This document shows, in pieces, positions 1 to 8,548 of a stretch of 26,077 nt of DNA. Both the position numbers and the translations under genes were made by a program. The notes under the pieces were generated by a model. It was given only the letters and a program-made list of their open reading frames with translations, made no database searches and was not told the origin of the DNA. Every line of letters starts with the position of its first letter. Positions within the stretch are counted from its first letter, which is position 1. The stretch covers positions 1 to 26,077 of the forward strand of contig CAXGWI010000035.1 in assembly GCA_964013405.1 (NCBI GenBank). Direction: 5' to 3'. The DNA is from an uncultured Myxococcales bacterium. GTDB taxonomy: Bacteria > Myxococcota > UBA4151.

Positions 1-2
1 TG

Positions 3-521
3 CAGCGGGAACGCCTTGTCGAACGGATGGGTGAGCGCATGGTGGAGACCCGCTGGGGACGCTTCCGCGGGGTCGCTTATCGCTCGACGATCGGCGAGAC
101 CGAAATGACAGCATTCGTTCTCGGCCGCCCAGAGCAGCAGGAGGCCTGCCTCGTACGAGTTCACGCAGGCCGCCAATGGAACGATATGTTTGGTGGCTAC
201 TCCCGTGGCGCCAAGCCTGATCTCGATCTCGCTTTTGAAGCGATCGCCCGCGAAGGCTCAGGGGTCCTTCTCTATCTAGCTCGCCCCGTCCACGTCGGTT
301 TAGCCGAGGCGTTCACGGGCGGAGAACGACCGCCGAGTGCCGAGAATTTGCGTACTGTGGGACTCGGCGCGCAGGTTCTATTGGATCTGGGCATTCGTCG
401 GATGCGGCTTTTATCTCGCCGGCCCCGGCCGGTGGCCGGTCTGAGCGGCTTCGATATCGAGGTGGAATCGATTGTTGACCCGAGGACGCTCGTGGATGCG
501 CAAATGAGGGAGGATAAATGA
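3..521 (+). CDS. C-terminal part (5'-truncated by window) of a RibBA/RibBX-type fusion protein; degenerate GTP cyclohydrolase II-like domain
   Basis: The frame is open from base 3 ([21 protein letters not shown]...), typical of the RibB-RibA linker. It contains LVRVH, GVLLYL and [23 protein letters not shown]...GLSGFDIEV. The Zn-binding Cys motif is absent. It lies directly upstream of ribH with an ATGA-like overlap. Confidence 0.85.
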   Translation, partial: QRERLVERMGERMVETRWGRFRGVAYRSTIGETEMTAFVLGRPEQQEACLVRVHAGRQWNDMFGGYSRGAKPDLDLAFEAIAREGSGVLLYLARPVHVGLAEAFTGGERPPSAENLRTVGLGAQVLLDLGIRRMRLLSRRPRPVAGLSGFDIEVESIVDPRTLVDAQMREDK

Positions 522-994
522 AGACTTTAGAAGGACAGTTCTCATGTTCTGGGAAGCGTTTCTGCTTGGTTGTTGCCCGCTTCAACGACTTCATTACCGA
601 GCGTCTCGCAGGCGGAGCCCGAGACACCTTGCGGCGCCATGGCGTCGACGACGATCAGATCACTCAGATCCTTGTGCCCGGTTCCTGGGAAATCCCAGGT
701 GTGGCGATGCGTGCTGCGAAGAGTGGGTCCTTTGATGCCGTGATCTGTCTCGGCGCGGTGATCCGCGGCGGCACCCCTCATTTCGACTACGTCGCCGCCC
801 AAGCGGCGAAGGGCATCAGCCAAGCGGGCATGGAATCCGGCTTGCCGGTGGTCTTTGGGGTGCTCACCACCGACACGATTGAGCAAGCGATCGAACGGGC
901 CGGAACAAAGGCAGGAAATAAAGGCTGTGAAGCCGCCATGGCCGCCCTGGAGATGGTCAGCCTGGGGGATGTCCTAGGAGAGGCCGGGATCTAG
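518..994 (+). CDS. ribH: 6,7-dimethyl-8-ribityllumazine synthase
   Basis: [66 protein letters not shown] upstream. Confidence 0.98.
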   Translation: MKTLEGQFSCSGKRFCLVVARFNDFITERLAGGARDTLRRHGVDDDQITQILVPGSWEIPGVAMRAAKSGSFDAVICLGAVIRGGTPHFDYVAAQAAKGISQAGMESGLPVVFGVLTTDTIEQAIERAGTKAGNKGCEAAMAALEMVSLGDVLGEAGI

Positions 995-1414
995 ATGATG
1001 AAGGCCGCCCGACGGGCGCGGGCGCGCACAGCAGCCCTTCAGTCCCTCTACGAACTCGAAGCCCGACCTGCTGGTGTCGAAGAGGCGATTGTCGATTTGA
1101 CGGACCACTTTACACCTCCTCCCATGGATCAGGTGTATCACCGCCAACTGGTAGAAGGCGTCTGCGCCCGCCGGCGAGAATTAGACGAAGTGCTCCGGTC
1201 TGCCAGTGATCGCTGGCGGCCAGAACGCTTCCTTGTGATCGACCATGTCATCCTACGCATCGCATTGCTCGAGTTACTGGATGGGCTCGCACCGCCGCCA
1301 GTGGTGATGGCTGAGGCTGTGAAGCTGGGGGCAAAATATGGCAGTGAAGACTCAGCGAGCTTTATCAACGGAATGCTAGAAACCCTGAACGGTCGACTGA
1401 AAGAGCAGGACTAA
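995..1414 (+). CDS. nusB: Transcription antitermination factor NusB
   Basis: N-terminal ARRARARTAALQSLY, central W..ER...ID..ILR, C-terminal EAVKLGAKYGSEDSASFINGML; classical ribH-nusB order. Confidence 0.93.
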   Translation: MMKAARRARARTAALQSLYELEARPAGVEEAIVDLTDHFTPPPMDQVYHRQLVEGVCARRRELDEVLRSASDRWRPERFLVIDHVILRIALLELLDGLAPPPVVMAEAVKLGAKYGSEDSASFINGMLETLNGRLKEQD

Positions 1415-1416
1415 GC

Positions 1417-1836
1417 ATGGAGGCCTGGCCAGCAGAGACAAAAAGACGCTCGCTGTCTCTGGTCGACGGCTTGGCCGGCCGAACGCTGATCCTGCCTTTG
1501 AGCCCCCTCGAAGGAGGCCTCCCTGCCATGGTTGCCGCCCTCGACTGGCGATTACTCGGACGCTTGAGTCGTCGCCTTCAGTCGGACCGGTTCTCCGGCG
1601 AAGCGGGTCAACGCCTCCTTCTACTGCTTCCGCAGGTTGCCTGGCCTGCGGTGGTTCTCCTTGGTCTCGGCCACCGACTCGACCCTGATGATTTCTCGGC
1701 TAGCCTCAAACAAGTTCGAGGACTTGGAACGCCTGGGGCCCGTGTATGGATTGCGCCAAATCCCGCCCCCACCGGCTGGCAAAGTGCGGGCCCTCAATGG
1801 CTGCGAACGGCCGGCGAGACGATGGTGTCCCCATGA
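1417..1836 (+). CDS. Stand-alone M17 (leucyl aminopeptidase) N-terminal-domain-like protein
   Basis: LDWRLLGRLSRRLQSDRFSGEAGQRLLL...VVLLGLG resembles the PepA N-terminal domain (LD..L.G.L......F.G..GE...LLVGLG). There is no catalytic domain. It starts 2 nt after nusB. Confidence 0.65.
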   Translation: MEAWPAETKRRSLSLVDGLAGRTLILPLSPLEGGLPAMVAALDWRLLGRLSRRLQSDRFSGEAGQRLLLLLPQVAWPAVVLLGLGHRLDPDDFSASLKQVRGLGTPGARVWIAPNPAPTGWQSAGPQWLRTAGETMVSP

Positions 1837-2588
1837 CGGAACGCCCCATGCTCTCCCAATTGTTGCGTAGTCTGGCGATTCAAGGCGGTGACCATTGGAT
1901 CACCCTCAGCTATGAAGGTGATTCATGGCGCTTTCCCATCTCCGACGGCCGGGTGGGCCCATTGCAGGGTGCCGGCCGGGCCGAGGAAGACCTGCCCACC
2001 CTGGCGGCCCTCGGTGCAGCCCTCGAAGTCAGCACACAGCCTGGCAAGACCCCCGATGCTGATGCTCGGTGGCCCCTGGCCGCGCGACTGGCCCGGGTGC
2101 TCGATGAGGTCGGTGCCCCCTCGACGCAAGATGGTCATACAGAGCCCCCTTATCGAAAGCCCGTCTCGGTGGTTGAACAAATGGATGGGCTCTTGGGCTT
2201 CGCTGAGGCCTTGGAATTCATCACCAGTGGCGAACAACTGGTGGACAAGGCCATCGAGTACCTCACCAATATTCGCCCCCGCCCCGCTTTGGTCAGCCGA
2301 ATCGAGGAGGGGATTTGGATGGGCCCGCGAGGACGCATCGATGGGCGGATCGATGGGATTGAGGAGGCGGTGGCCAAGGGCAACCTGATCCTACGGCGGG
2401 CGATTGGCGAGAGTTATGAGCGCCAGATCTCCGACACGAACTTCGATCGAGTGGCGATCCTTCCTCTGGCGGAGGATTTGGTCGTCCTGGTCCCCTGCCA
2501 TGGTCAAAACCTGGAAGAGCGCCCCCGGGACCTCCGGGTCTTACTCTCCCTCTATCGAAGTGCAACTCGCTGGCTTGCCGAGGATTAG
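1833..2588 (+). CDS. Hypothetical protein (~251 aa)
   Basis: Long ORF; the ATG at 1833 overlaps the previous stop (ATGA), so it is preferred over the ORF-track start at 1746. No recognisable motif. Confidence 0.7.
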   Translation: MTERPMLSQLLRSLAIQGGDHWITLSYEGDSWRFPISDGRVGPLQGAGRAEEDLPTLAALGAALEVSTQPGKTPDADARWPLAARLARVLDEVGAPSTQDGHTEPPYRKPVSVVEQMDGLLGFAEALEFITSGEQLVDKAIEYLTNIRPRPALVSRIEEGIWMGPRGRIDGRIDGIEEAVAKGNLILRRAIGESYERQISDTNFDRVAILPLAEDLVVLVPCHGQNLEERPRDLRVLLSLYRSATRWLAED

Positions 2589-2675
2589 TCGGCCGCCACG
2601 CCTCCCCATACCTTGTGTTCGTGATCGACTCGAAGTCGTTTCCATGCTCCGATCGATGCCAGCGGAGTTCAGTCT

Positions 2676-3218
2676 ATGACACTCACCCTCGACCTGAAGC
2701 GGCTAGCGAGTGCTGGGCAATTGGAACTCCCAATTCCTGCCTCTTTGGCAAAAAGTTGGGCAGACCACCTCCATCTCTCGACCCGTGGGCCTATCGATCT
2801 CCGTCTGGAGTATCGGTTCAGTGAGCAGGGGTTGTTTCTGACCGGCGAACTGACGGGCTCGGTGACCGGTCATTGCAGTCGCTGTCACCAAGCCACAGAA
2901 CGGGAAGTCGCGCTGCAAGTGCGGGCTCGGTATCTCGAAGGCGCCGAGCCAAAGCTCGGTGAGAGGCGGCAAGACGAGGACGGGCGCTGGGGAATTGAAC
3001 TCGACGAAGAGGCCGGTGAACTCGAGTATTATTCTGGCCACCATCTGGATCTCAGCCATTGGCTTCGGGATGAGTGGGCTCTTGGCCTCCCTGTTTCCTT
3101 GCACTGTGGTGGCGAGGCGTGTAGGGAGGGCGCCGCCGAAGGGGAGGAACCAGAGCAGCCCATCGATCCGCGGTGGCAATTTCTGGCCGACCTGAAAGCC
3201 CAAATGGAAGAAGGTTGA
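2676..3218 (+). CDS. yceD: YceD / DUF177 family protein
   Basis: CSRC, LDLSHWLRDEWALGLP, LHC...C and C-terminal IDPRWQFLADLK; directly upstream of rpmF. Confidence 0.9.
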   Translation: MTLTLDLKRLASAGQLELPIPASLAKSWADHLHLSTRGPIDLRLEYRFSEQGLFLTGELTGSVTGHCSRCHQATEREVALQVRARYLEGAEPKLGERRQDEDGRWGIELDEEAGELEYYSGHHLDLSHWLRDEWALGLPVSLHCGGEACREGAAEGEEPEQPIDPRWQFLADLKAQMEEG

Positions 3219-3226
3219 GGTAAGTC

Positions 3227-3439
3227 ATGGCTGTTCCCTACCGTCGCACCTCCGGGTCCAAAGCTCGCAAGCGCCGGGCTCACCACGCCCTCAAGGCGTC
3301 TGCCCATTCCCACTGCAGCAACTGCGGTGAAGTGGTGCTGCCTCATCACGTCTGCCCCGCCTGTGGCTTCTACAAGGGCGTGCGCGTGCTGGATGCCGGC
3401 GCCGAGGAAGTGGAAGACGTCGAAGAGACAGAGGTCTGA
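3227..3439 (+). CDS. rpmF: 50S ribosomal protein bL32 (zinc-ribbon form)
   Basis: MAVPYRRTS...KRRAHHAL, CSNCG...PHHVCPACGFYKG; GAGG SD. Confidence 0.97.
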   Translation: MAVPYRRTSGSKARKRRAHHALKASAHSHCSNCGEVVLPHHVCPACGFYKGVRVLDAGAEEVEDVEETEV

Positions 3440-3447
3440 GTCCCTCC

Positions 3448-4464
3448 ATGCCCATCGCCCTCGACCTGATGGGGGGTGATGCGGCACCCGAACCCATCAT
3501 TGCCGGTGCTGCGGATGCAATTCGCTCCGATGGGCGCCGCTTGCTTCTTTTTGGCCAGCAAGAGGTCTGTCTTCCCCTGCTGAAGCGCTACGGAATCGCT
3601 GAAGCCGATGCGCCCTTTACCCATTGTGACGACGTGGTGCCGATGGATGCCAAGCCATCGAAGGCCATGCGACAGAGGAATTCCTCCATGGCCATGGCCC
3701 TCGCCGCCGTTGCGGCCGGGCAAGCAGAGGCAGCCGTCAGTGCGGGCGCCTCGGGTGCATTTATGGCCTTGGGGCTTCGCCAACTGGGTCGACTTCCTGG
3801 GGTTAGTCGGCCGGCTATTGCCCTCACACTCCCCGGCAAGCCAAGGCCCAGGATGTTTCTCGATGCAGGTGCAAATGCTGAGTGCAGCCCAGACATGCTC
3901 GAGGAATTCGCCCTGATGGGCTCCATCTATGCGGAGCTCGTGCTCGGTATCTCCACCCCTCGCGTCGGACTTCTCTGCAATGGCGAGGAGGAGGGCAAAG
4001 GGACTGAGTTAACCCGTGCCGCAGCGGCACGCATGGCCGAGACCTCGGACTTCCATTTTACAGGCTACGCAGAAGGCAACGATCTCTTTCAAGGGCCTTT
4101 CGATGTGCTCGTGACAGACGGCTTCACCGGAAATCTCTGCCTCAAAACCCTCGAAGGTACCGTCCGCTTCGTGGTCGACAATCTCAAGCAGGAGCTTTCT
4201 GCCGATCTGCTCAGCAGCTTGGGTGCGATGATGGCCAAGGGGGCTTTTGCCCGACTCAAAGCGACGCTCGACCCCCGTAACCATGGCGGCGCGCCGTTAC
4301 TCGGACTCAACGGTGTCGCTATCGTTGCCCACGGGAGTTCGGATGCGCTGGCGATTCGCTCAGCCTTGCGCGTTGCGGCGAACTGTGCACAGCAGGAGAT
4401 AGGCGCCACTCTGGGGGAGCGGCTCCGACAACTGGACGAACGAAGACAAGCTGCAAAGGGGTGA
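3448..4464 (+). CDS. plsX: Phosphate acyltransferase PlsX
   Basis: IALDLMGGDAAP, RPAI, LDAGAN, GEEEGKG, VTDGFTGN, GGAPLLGLNG, HGSS. Confidence 0.97.
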   Translation: MPIALDLMGGDAAPEPIIAGAADAIRSDGRRLLLFGQQEVCLPLLKRYGIAEADAPFTHCDDVVPMDAKPSKAMRQRNSSMAMALAAVAAGQAEAAVSAGASGAFMALGLRQLGRLPGVSRPAIALTLPGKPRPRMFLDAGANAECSPDMLEEFALMGSIYAELVLGISTPRVGLLCNGEEEGKGTELTRAAAARMAETSDFHFTGYAEGNDLFQGPFDVLVTDGFTGNLCLKTLEGTVRFVVDNLKQELSADLLSSLGAMMAKGAFARLKATLDPRNHGGAPLLGLNGVAIVAHGSSDALAIRSALRVAANCAQQEIGATLGERLRQLDERRQAAKG

Positions 4465-5453
4465 CGCCGATGTTCCGGACCCGAATCCTAGGCACTGGCT
4501 CCTACCTGCCGGAGCGCGTGATTACCAACGACGACCTCAGCGACTTGGTCGAAACCAATGATGAGTGGATTCGCACCCGTACGGGCATCCAGCAGCGGCG
4601 GGGTGTCTCTGAAGGCGAAGCGTGTAGCGACCTCGCCCTCGCTGCCGGCAAGCGTGCGATCGAGATGGCCGGTATCGACGCCAAACAGTTGGACATGATC
4701 ATCGTGGGTACGATCTCCGGTGACTACCCCTTCCCAGCCACCGCCGTGGTGCTCGCCCGAGCCCTGGGCCTCAACTGCAGCGCATTCGATATCTCCGCGG
4801 CCTGTTCGGGCTTTCTCCACGCCCTGGCCATCGCGGACGGAGCCATCTGCTCCGGCCGGGCGAAACATTGCTTGGTCATCGGCGCCGAAGCCCTGACGAC
4901 GGTCGTCAATTGGCGAGACCGCACGACCTGTATTCTCTTTGGCGATGGCGCTGGCGCAGTGGTCGTTGGCCCCACTGAGGCTGACGACCCCCGCGGCTTG
5001 AATCGCATCTTCATGCACAGCAATGGCGAGTTGGCCGAGGACCTCTACATCCCCCATGGTGGGTCACGAACGCCGCTGACCCCCGAGGGCTTGGCCCAGG
5101 GCATGAACAAGGTGGCCATGTCTGGCAACACGATCTTTAAGCACGCAAGCCGCAACCTTGCGGCCGTCAGCGTGGAGGCTCTTGAGGCAGCCCAGTGGAC
5201 GGCCGAGGATGTGGACCATGTCATCGCACACCAAGCGAACACACGAATTCTGGATCAGGTCCTTAAACGCCTGAGTGTCCCCTCGGAGAAACTCTTCGTG
5301 AACATGGACATGTACGGCAACACCAGTGCGGCAAGCCTGCCCATCGCGCTGGACGAGGTGAACCGGTCCGGTCGTCTTCAAGAAGGTGACAAACTGCTCA
5401 TGATGGCCTTGGGCGGCGGCATCGTCTGGGCCGGTGGCACCTGCATCTGGTAG
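4461..5453 (+). CDS. fabH: 3-oxoacyl-ACP synthase III
   Basis: WIRTRTGI, catalytic DISAACSGF (Cys), HQAN (His), GNTSAAS (Asn), LFGDGAGA. Start is GTG 4461 (overlapping the plsX stop) or ATG 4470. Confidence 0.97.
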   Translation: MTPMFRTRILGTGSYLPERVITNDDLSDLVETNDEWIRTRTGIQQRRGVSEGEACSDLALAAGKRAIEMAGIDAKQLDMIIVGTISGDYPFPATAVVLARALGLNCSAFDISAACSGFLHALAIADGAICSGRAKHCLVIGAEALTTVVNWRDRTTCILFGDGAGAVVVGPTEADDPRGLNRIFMHSNGELAEDLYIPHGGSRTPLTPEGLAQGMNKVAMSGNTIFKHASRNLAAVSVEALEAAQWTAEDVDHVIAHQANTRILDQVLKRLSVPSEKLFVNMDMYGNTSAASLPIALDEVNRSGRLQEGDKLLMMALGGGIVWAGGTCIW

Positions 5454-5461
5454 GAGGAACC

Positions 5462-6382
5462 ATGCGTGCTTGGATCTTTCCGGGGCAAGGGGCCCAGGTG
5501 GTGGGCATGGCCCAGGACCTGGCCAAGGACTTCCCCATCGCTCGAGAAACCCTTGAAGAGGCCGATGACGCCCTTGGTTTCTCCGTCAGCCAACTCATGG
5601 CCGAGGGGCCGGCCGAAGCCCTCATGCGAACGGCCAACACCCAACCGGCGATCCTCAGTCATAGCGTCGCTGTGGTGCGCGTCCTCCAATCCATGGGCTC
5701 ACCCGCACCGGATGCCGTCGCCGGGCATAGTCTCGGCGAGTATGCGGCCCTCGTCGCTGCCGACGCGATCGACTTTAGAGCCGCCGTCCAAGCCGTGCAC
5801 CGAAGAGGCGCCTTTATGCAGTCGGCCGTGCCAGAGGGCCTGGGCGCTATGGCCGCGGTAATCGGCCTACCCGGGGATCAAGTCGCGGCCATTTGCGCTG
5901 AGAACAGCCGACCAGAAGCCTTGGTCGAGGCGGCGAACTTTAACGACACCAAGCAGACGGTCATCGCCGGTCACAGGGCCGCGGTCGAGGCCCTCGGTCC
6001 CGTCCTGAAAGCAGCCGGTGCTCGCCGGGTGCTTTCCCTCCCGGTGTCTGCCCCCTTCCATTGTGCACTGATGGCCCCCGTCGCCAGCCAACTCCGGCCG
6101 GTCCTCGAATCGATGGAGATGAGAGATCCTCACTGCCCGGTGGTCGCCAATGTGACCGCAAGCCCCAATCAAGACGGATCCAAGATCGTCGACCTGCTTA
6201 TCAGTCAGGTGACGGGCTCTGTGCGATGGGTGGAATCGGTGCAGACCTTAGCTCAGCTTGGCATCAAGGAAGCCTATGAGCTGGGGCCCGGGCGGGCCTT
6301 GGCCGGCATGATCAAACGAATCGAACCGGACATCTCAGTCACGTCTCTGGGAACGTCTGAGGCCCTGAAAGGACTGTCATGA
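5462..6382 (+). CDS. fabD: Malonyl-CoA:ACP transacylase
   Basis: FPGQG, TQPAI, GHSLGEY, VSAPFH, VRW, ELGPG; AGGAGG SD. Confidence 0.97.
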   Translation: MRAWIFPGQGAQVVGMAQDLAKDFPIARETLEEADDALGFSVSQLMAEGPAEALMRTANTQPAILSHSVAVVRVLQSMGSPAPDAVAGHSLGEYAALVAADAIDFRAAVQAVHRRGAFMQSAVPEGLGAMAAVIGLPGDQVAAICAENSRPEALVEAANFNDTKQTVIAGHRAAVEALGPVLKAAGARRVLSLPVSAPFHCALMAPVASQLRPVLESMEMRDPHCPVVANVTASPNQDGSKIVDLLISQVTGSVRWVESVQTLAQLGIKEAYELGPGRALAGMIKRIEPDISVTSLGTSEALKGLS

Positions 6383-7110
6383 GTATTGCAATCGTTACCG
6401 GTGGAAGCCGGGGAATCGGCCGCGCAATCGCAGTTGGGCTCGCCCAAGCCGGCCACCATGTCGTCATCAATTACGCGGGCAACGAAGCCGCTGCGCAAGA
6501 GACCCTAGATGCGGTGCAAGCAGCGGGTGGCAGTGGGGAACTGGCCCGCTTTGATGTGGGTGATGAAGAGGCGGTGAGCGCGGCGATTAAAGGGATCGCG
6601 AAAGCCCATGGCCGAATCGACGTTCTGGTGAACAATGCAGGCATTAGCGTGGATGGCTTGCTGGCCCGCTTCAAGGCCGATGACTGGGGCCGAGTGCTTC
6701 AGACCAACCTGAGCGGCGCATTCCACTGTCTCAAGGCCGTCACCCGGCCCATGATGAAGCAGCGGTCGGGCCGAGTTATCAACATTGGATCCGTGGTGGC
6801 GGCCTCCGGATCGGCCGGCCAACCGGCCTACTGTGCAGCAAAAGCGGGCCTTGAGGGCCTGACTCGCTCGGCCGCCCTCGAACTGGCCGGCCGCGGGATC
6901 ACCGTCAATTGTGTTGCCCCTGGTTTCGTCGACACAGACATGACCCGCGCCTTACCCGATGACCGGCGAGAGGCCATTCTCGAACAGGTGCCAGCAGGTC
7001 GCATGGCTGGCCCCGAGGAAATCGCTGCTGCTGTCGTGTTTCTCGCCTCAGATGGCGGAAGCTATATCACGGGCCAGACCCTCGGCGTGAATGGCGGTCT
7101 GTACCTCTAA
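6379..7110 (+). CDS. fabG: 3-oxoacyl-ACP reductase
   Basis: [48 protein letters not shown] overlap with fabD. Confidence 0.96.
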   Translation: MSIAIVTGGSRGIGRAIAVGLAQAGHHVVINYAGNEAAAQETLDAVQAAGGSGELARFDVGDEEAVSAAIKGIAKAHGRIDVLVNNAGISVDGLLARFKADDWGRVLQTNLSGAFHCLKAVTRPMMKQRSGRVINIGSVVAASGSAGQPAYCAAKAGLEGLTRSAALELAGRGITVNCVAPGFVDTDMTRALPDDRREAILEQVPAGRMAGPEEIAAAVVFLASDGGSYITGQTLGVNGGLYL

Positions 7111-8339
7111 GCCGACTGCTTTTCGGCCTCATCGAAGCCCAACACAGGCTCACCGGTGCCGGCCACCACGTCGGCGGTGATCTCGCAGCTCTGGATCCCC
7201 TCCAAGTAAGGGACCTCGTACTCGATATCCAAAAGCGTCTCTTCGACGATGGTGCGTAAGCTCCGTGCACCACCTTTACGCTTCATCGCCTTGGCTGCGA
7301 TGGCCCGGAGCGCCTCTTCCGTGAACGACAGCGTCACACCCTTCGCCGCAAAAAGCTTGGTCGCCTGGCGAACCAATGCGTTGCGGGGCTGGGTCAGAAT
7401 ATGAACCAGATCATCTTCACTCAGTTCGTCCAGCGTGCTGATGATGGGAATGCGGCCTGCGAACTCTGGGATCAGGCCGAACTTGATCAGATCATCAACC
7501 TCGATCTGCCGTAGCAGCAGGGTCACATCGCTCTCTTTTTGCGTCTTATCTTCTTGGGTGCCGAAACCGATGCGTTTGCGCCCGACCCGACTGGCCACAA
7601 CCTTCTCGATGCCGTTGAAGGCCCCCCCCACGATGAACAGGATTTTCGTAGTGTCGATGGTGACCGTTTCTCCCTGGCCCCGGGGCTGTCCTTTTGCGCT
7701 GACATTCACCGACGTGCCTTCGATGAGCTTTAGGAGGGCCTGCTGTACCCCCTCGCCGCTGACATCTCGGGCATCGCCACGACCACCGCCACGACGGGCG
7801 ATCTTGTCGATCTCATCGATATAGACGATTCCCCGCTGGGCTGCGGCGACGTTGCCTTCCGCAGCACTGAGCAGGTTGCTAATGATCGACTCTACATCCT
7901 CACCCACATAACCGGCTTCGGTCAGGGTGGTCGCATCCGCAATGGTGTAGGGTACTTCAAGGAAGCGGGCGAGCGAGCGCACCAGCAGGGTTTTGCCCGT
8001 GCCCGTGGGACCGATCATCATCAAGTTCGACTTCTCGATCTCGACTTCGGCGCTCGTCTCCCGCGTCACTCGCTTATAATGATTGTAGACGGCCACGGCC
8101 AAGGCGACCTTCGCCCGCCCCTGGGAAATCACATATTGATCGAGGTGGCGTTTGATGGCTCGGGGCGAGGGCAGCACGAGTTGAATGCGTGTCGTGTCCT
8201 GAATAATTTCCATGCAATCCCGAATGCACACATCACAGATGTAGACGTCGGGTCCCGCGATGAGTCGCTTCACCTCACTCTGCAGCGCACCGCAAAACGA
8301 GCACTCCAGTTCACGCGTCGAAGTCTCTTCGTTGGCCAT
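7107..8339 (-). CDS. clpX: ClpX-family AAA+ unfoldase (atypical paralogue)
   Basis: Zinc domain CSFC...CDVC, Walker A GPTGTGKT, pore-1 GYVG, Walker [27 protein letters not shown] loop, GARSLR. ATG 8339 has GGGAG upstream and is preferred over 8387. Confidence 0.93.
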   Translation of the reverse strand: MANEETSTRELECSFCGALQSEVKRLIAGPDVYICDVCIRDCMEIIQDTTRIQLVLPSPRAIKRHLDQYVISQGRAKVALAVAVYNHYKRVTRETSAEVEIEKSNLMMIGPTGTGKTLLVRSLARFLEVPYTIADATTLTEAGYVGEDVESIISNLLSAAEGNVAAAQRGIVYIDEIDKIARRGGGRGDARDVSGEGVQQALLKLIEGTSVNVSAKGQPRGQGETVTIDTTKILFIVGGAFNGIEKVVASRVGRKRIGFGTQEDKTQKESDVTLLLRQIEVDDLIKFGLIPEFAGRIPIISTLDELSEDDLVHILTQPRNALVRQATKLFAAKGVTLSFTEEALRAIAAKAMKRKGGARSLRTIVEETLLDIEYEVPYLEGIQSCEITADVVAGTGEPVLGFDEAEKQSA

Positions 8340-8429
8340 CACCAAACGCTCCCACGTTCCTCTAACGACACAAAGGCGAGGAACCAAGGAATTGTTCCCC
8401 CCTTTACCCGGAAGGTGGATACCAGCCCG

Positions 8430-8458
8430 TTGACGTGGCCGCTAGCCGTCGTTAAGAG
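8430..8458 (+). promoter_or_regulatory. Possible sigma70-type promoter for the TPR gene
   Basis: TTGACG (8430-8435), 17-nt spacer, TAAGAG (8453-8458). Good -35, imperfect -10. Confidence 0.3.
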
Positions 8459-8548
8459 GCGCGAGCCCCAAACTTACGCGAGTCCGCGCGCGGGCTCGTG
8501 CTTATGGCTTGGGGTCTCAACGTCCATGCGGATTGATGGAGCATTAGC

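Noticed and set aside
2589..2675. Short hairpins upstream of yceD (CGACT-CGA-AGTCG; CTCCG...CGGAG) as a ribosomal-protein leader
   Set aside because: 5-bp stems are expected by chance at this GC content, and no recognisable leader family is seen.
8410..8424. TGGTAT-N4-CTTCC on the - strand upstream of clpX as a sigma54 promoter
   Set aside because: The -12 position reads CC rather than the near-invariant GC.
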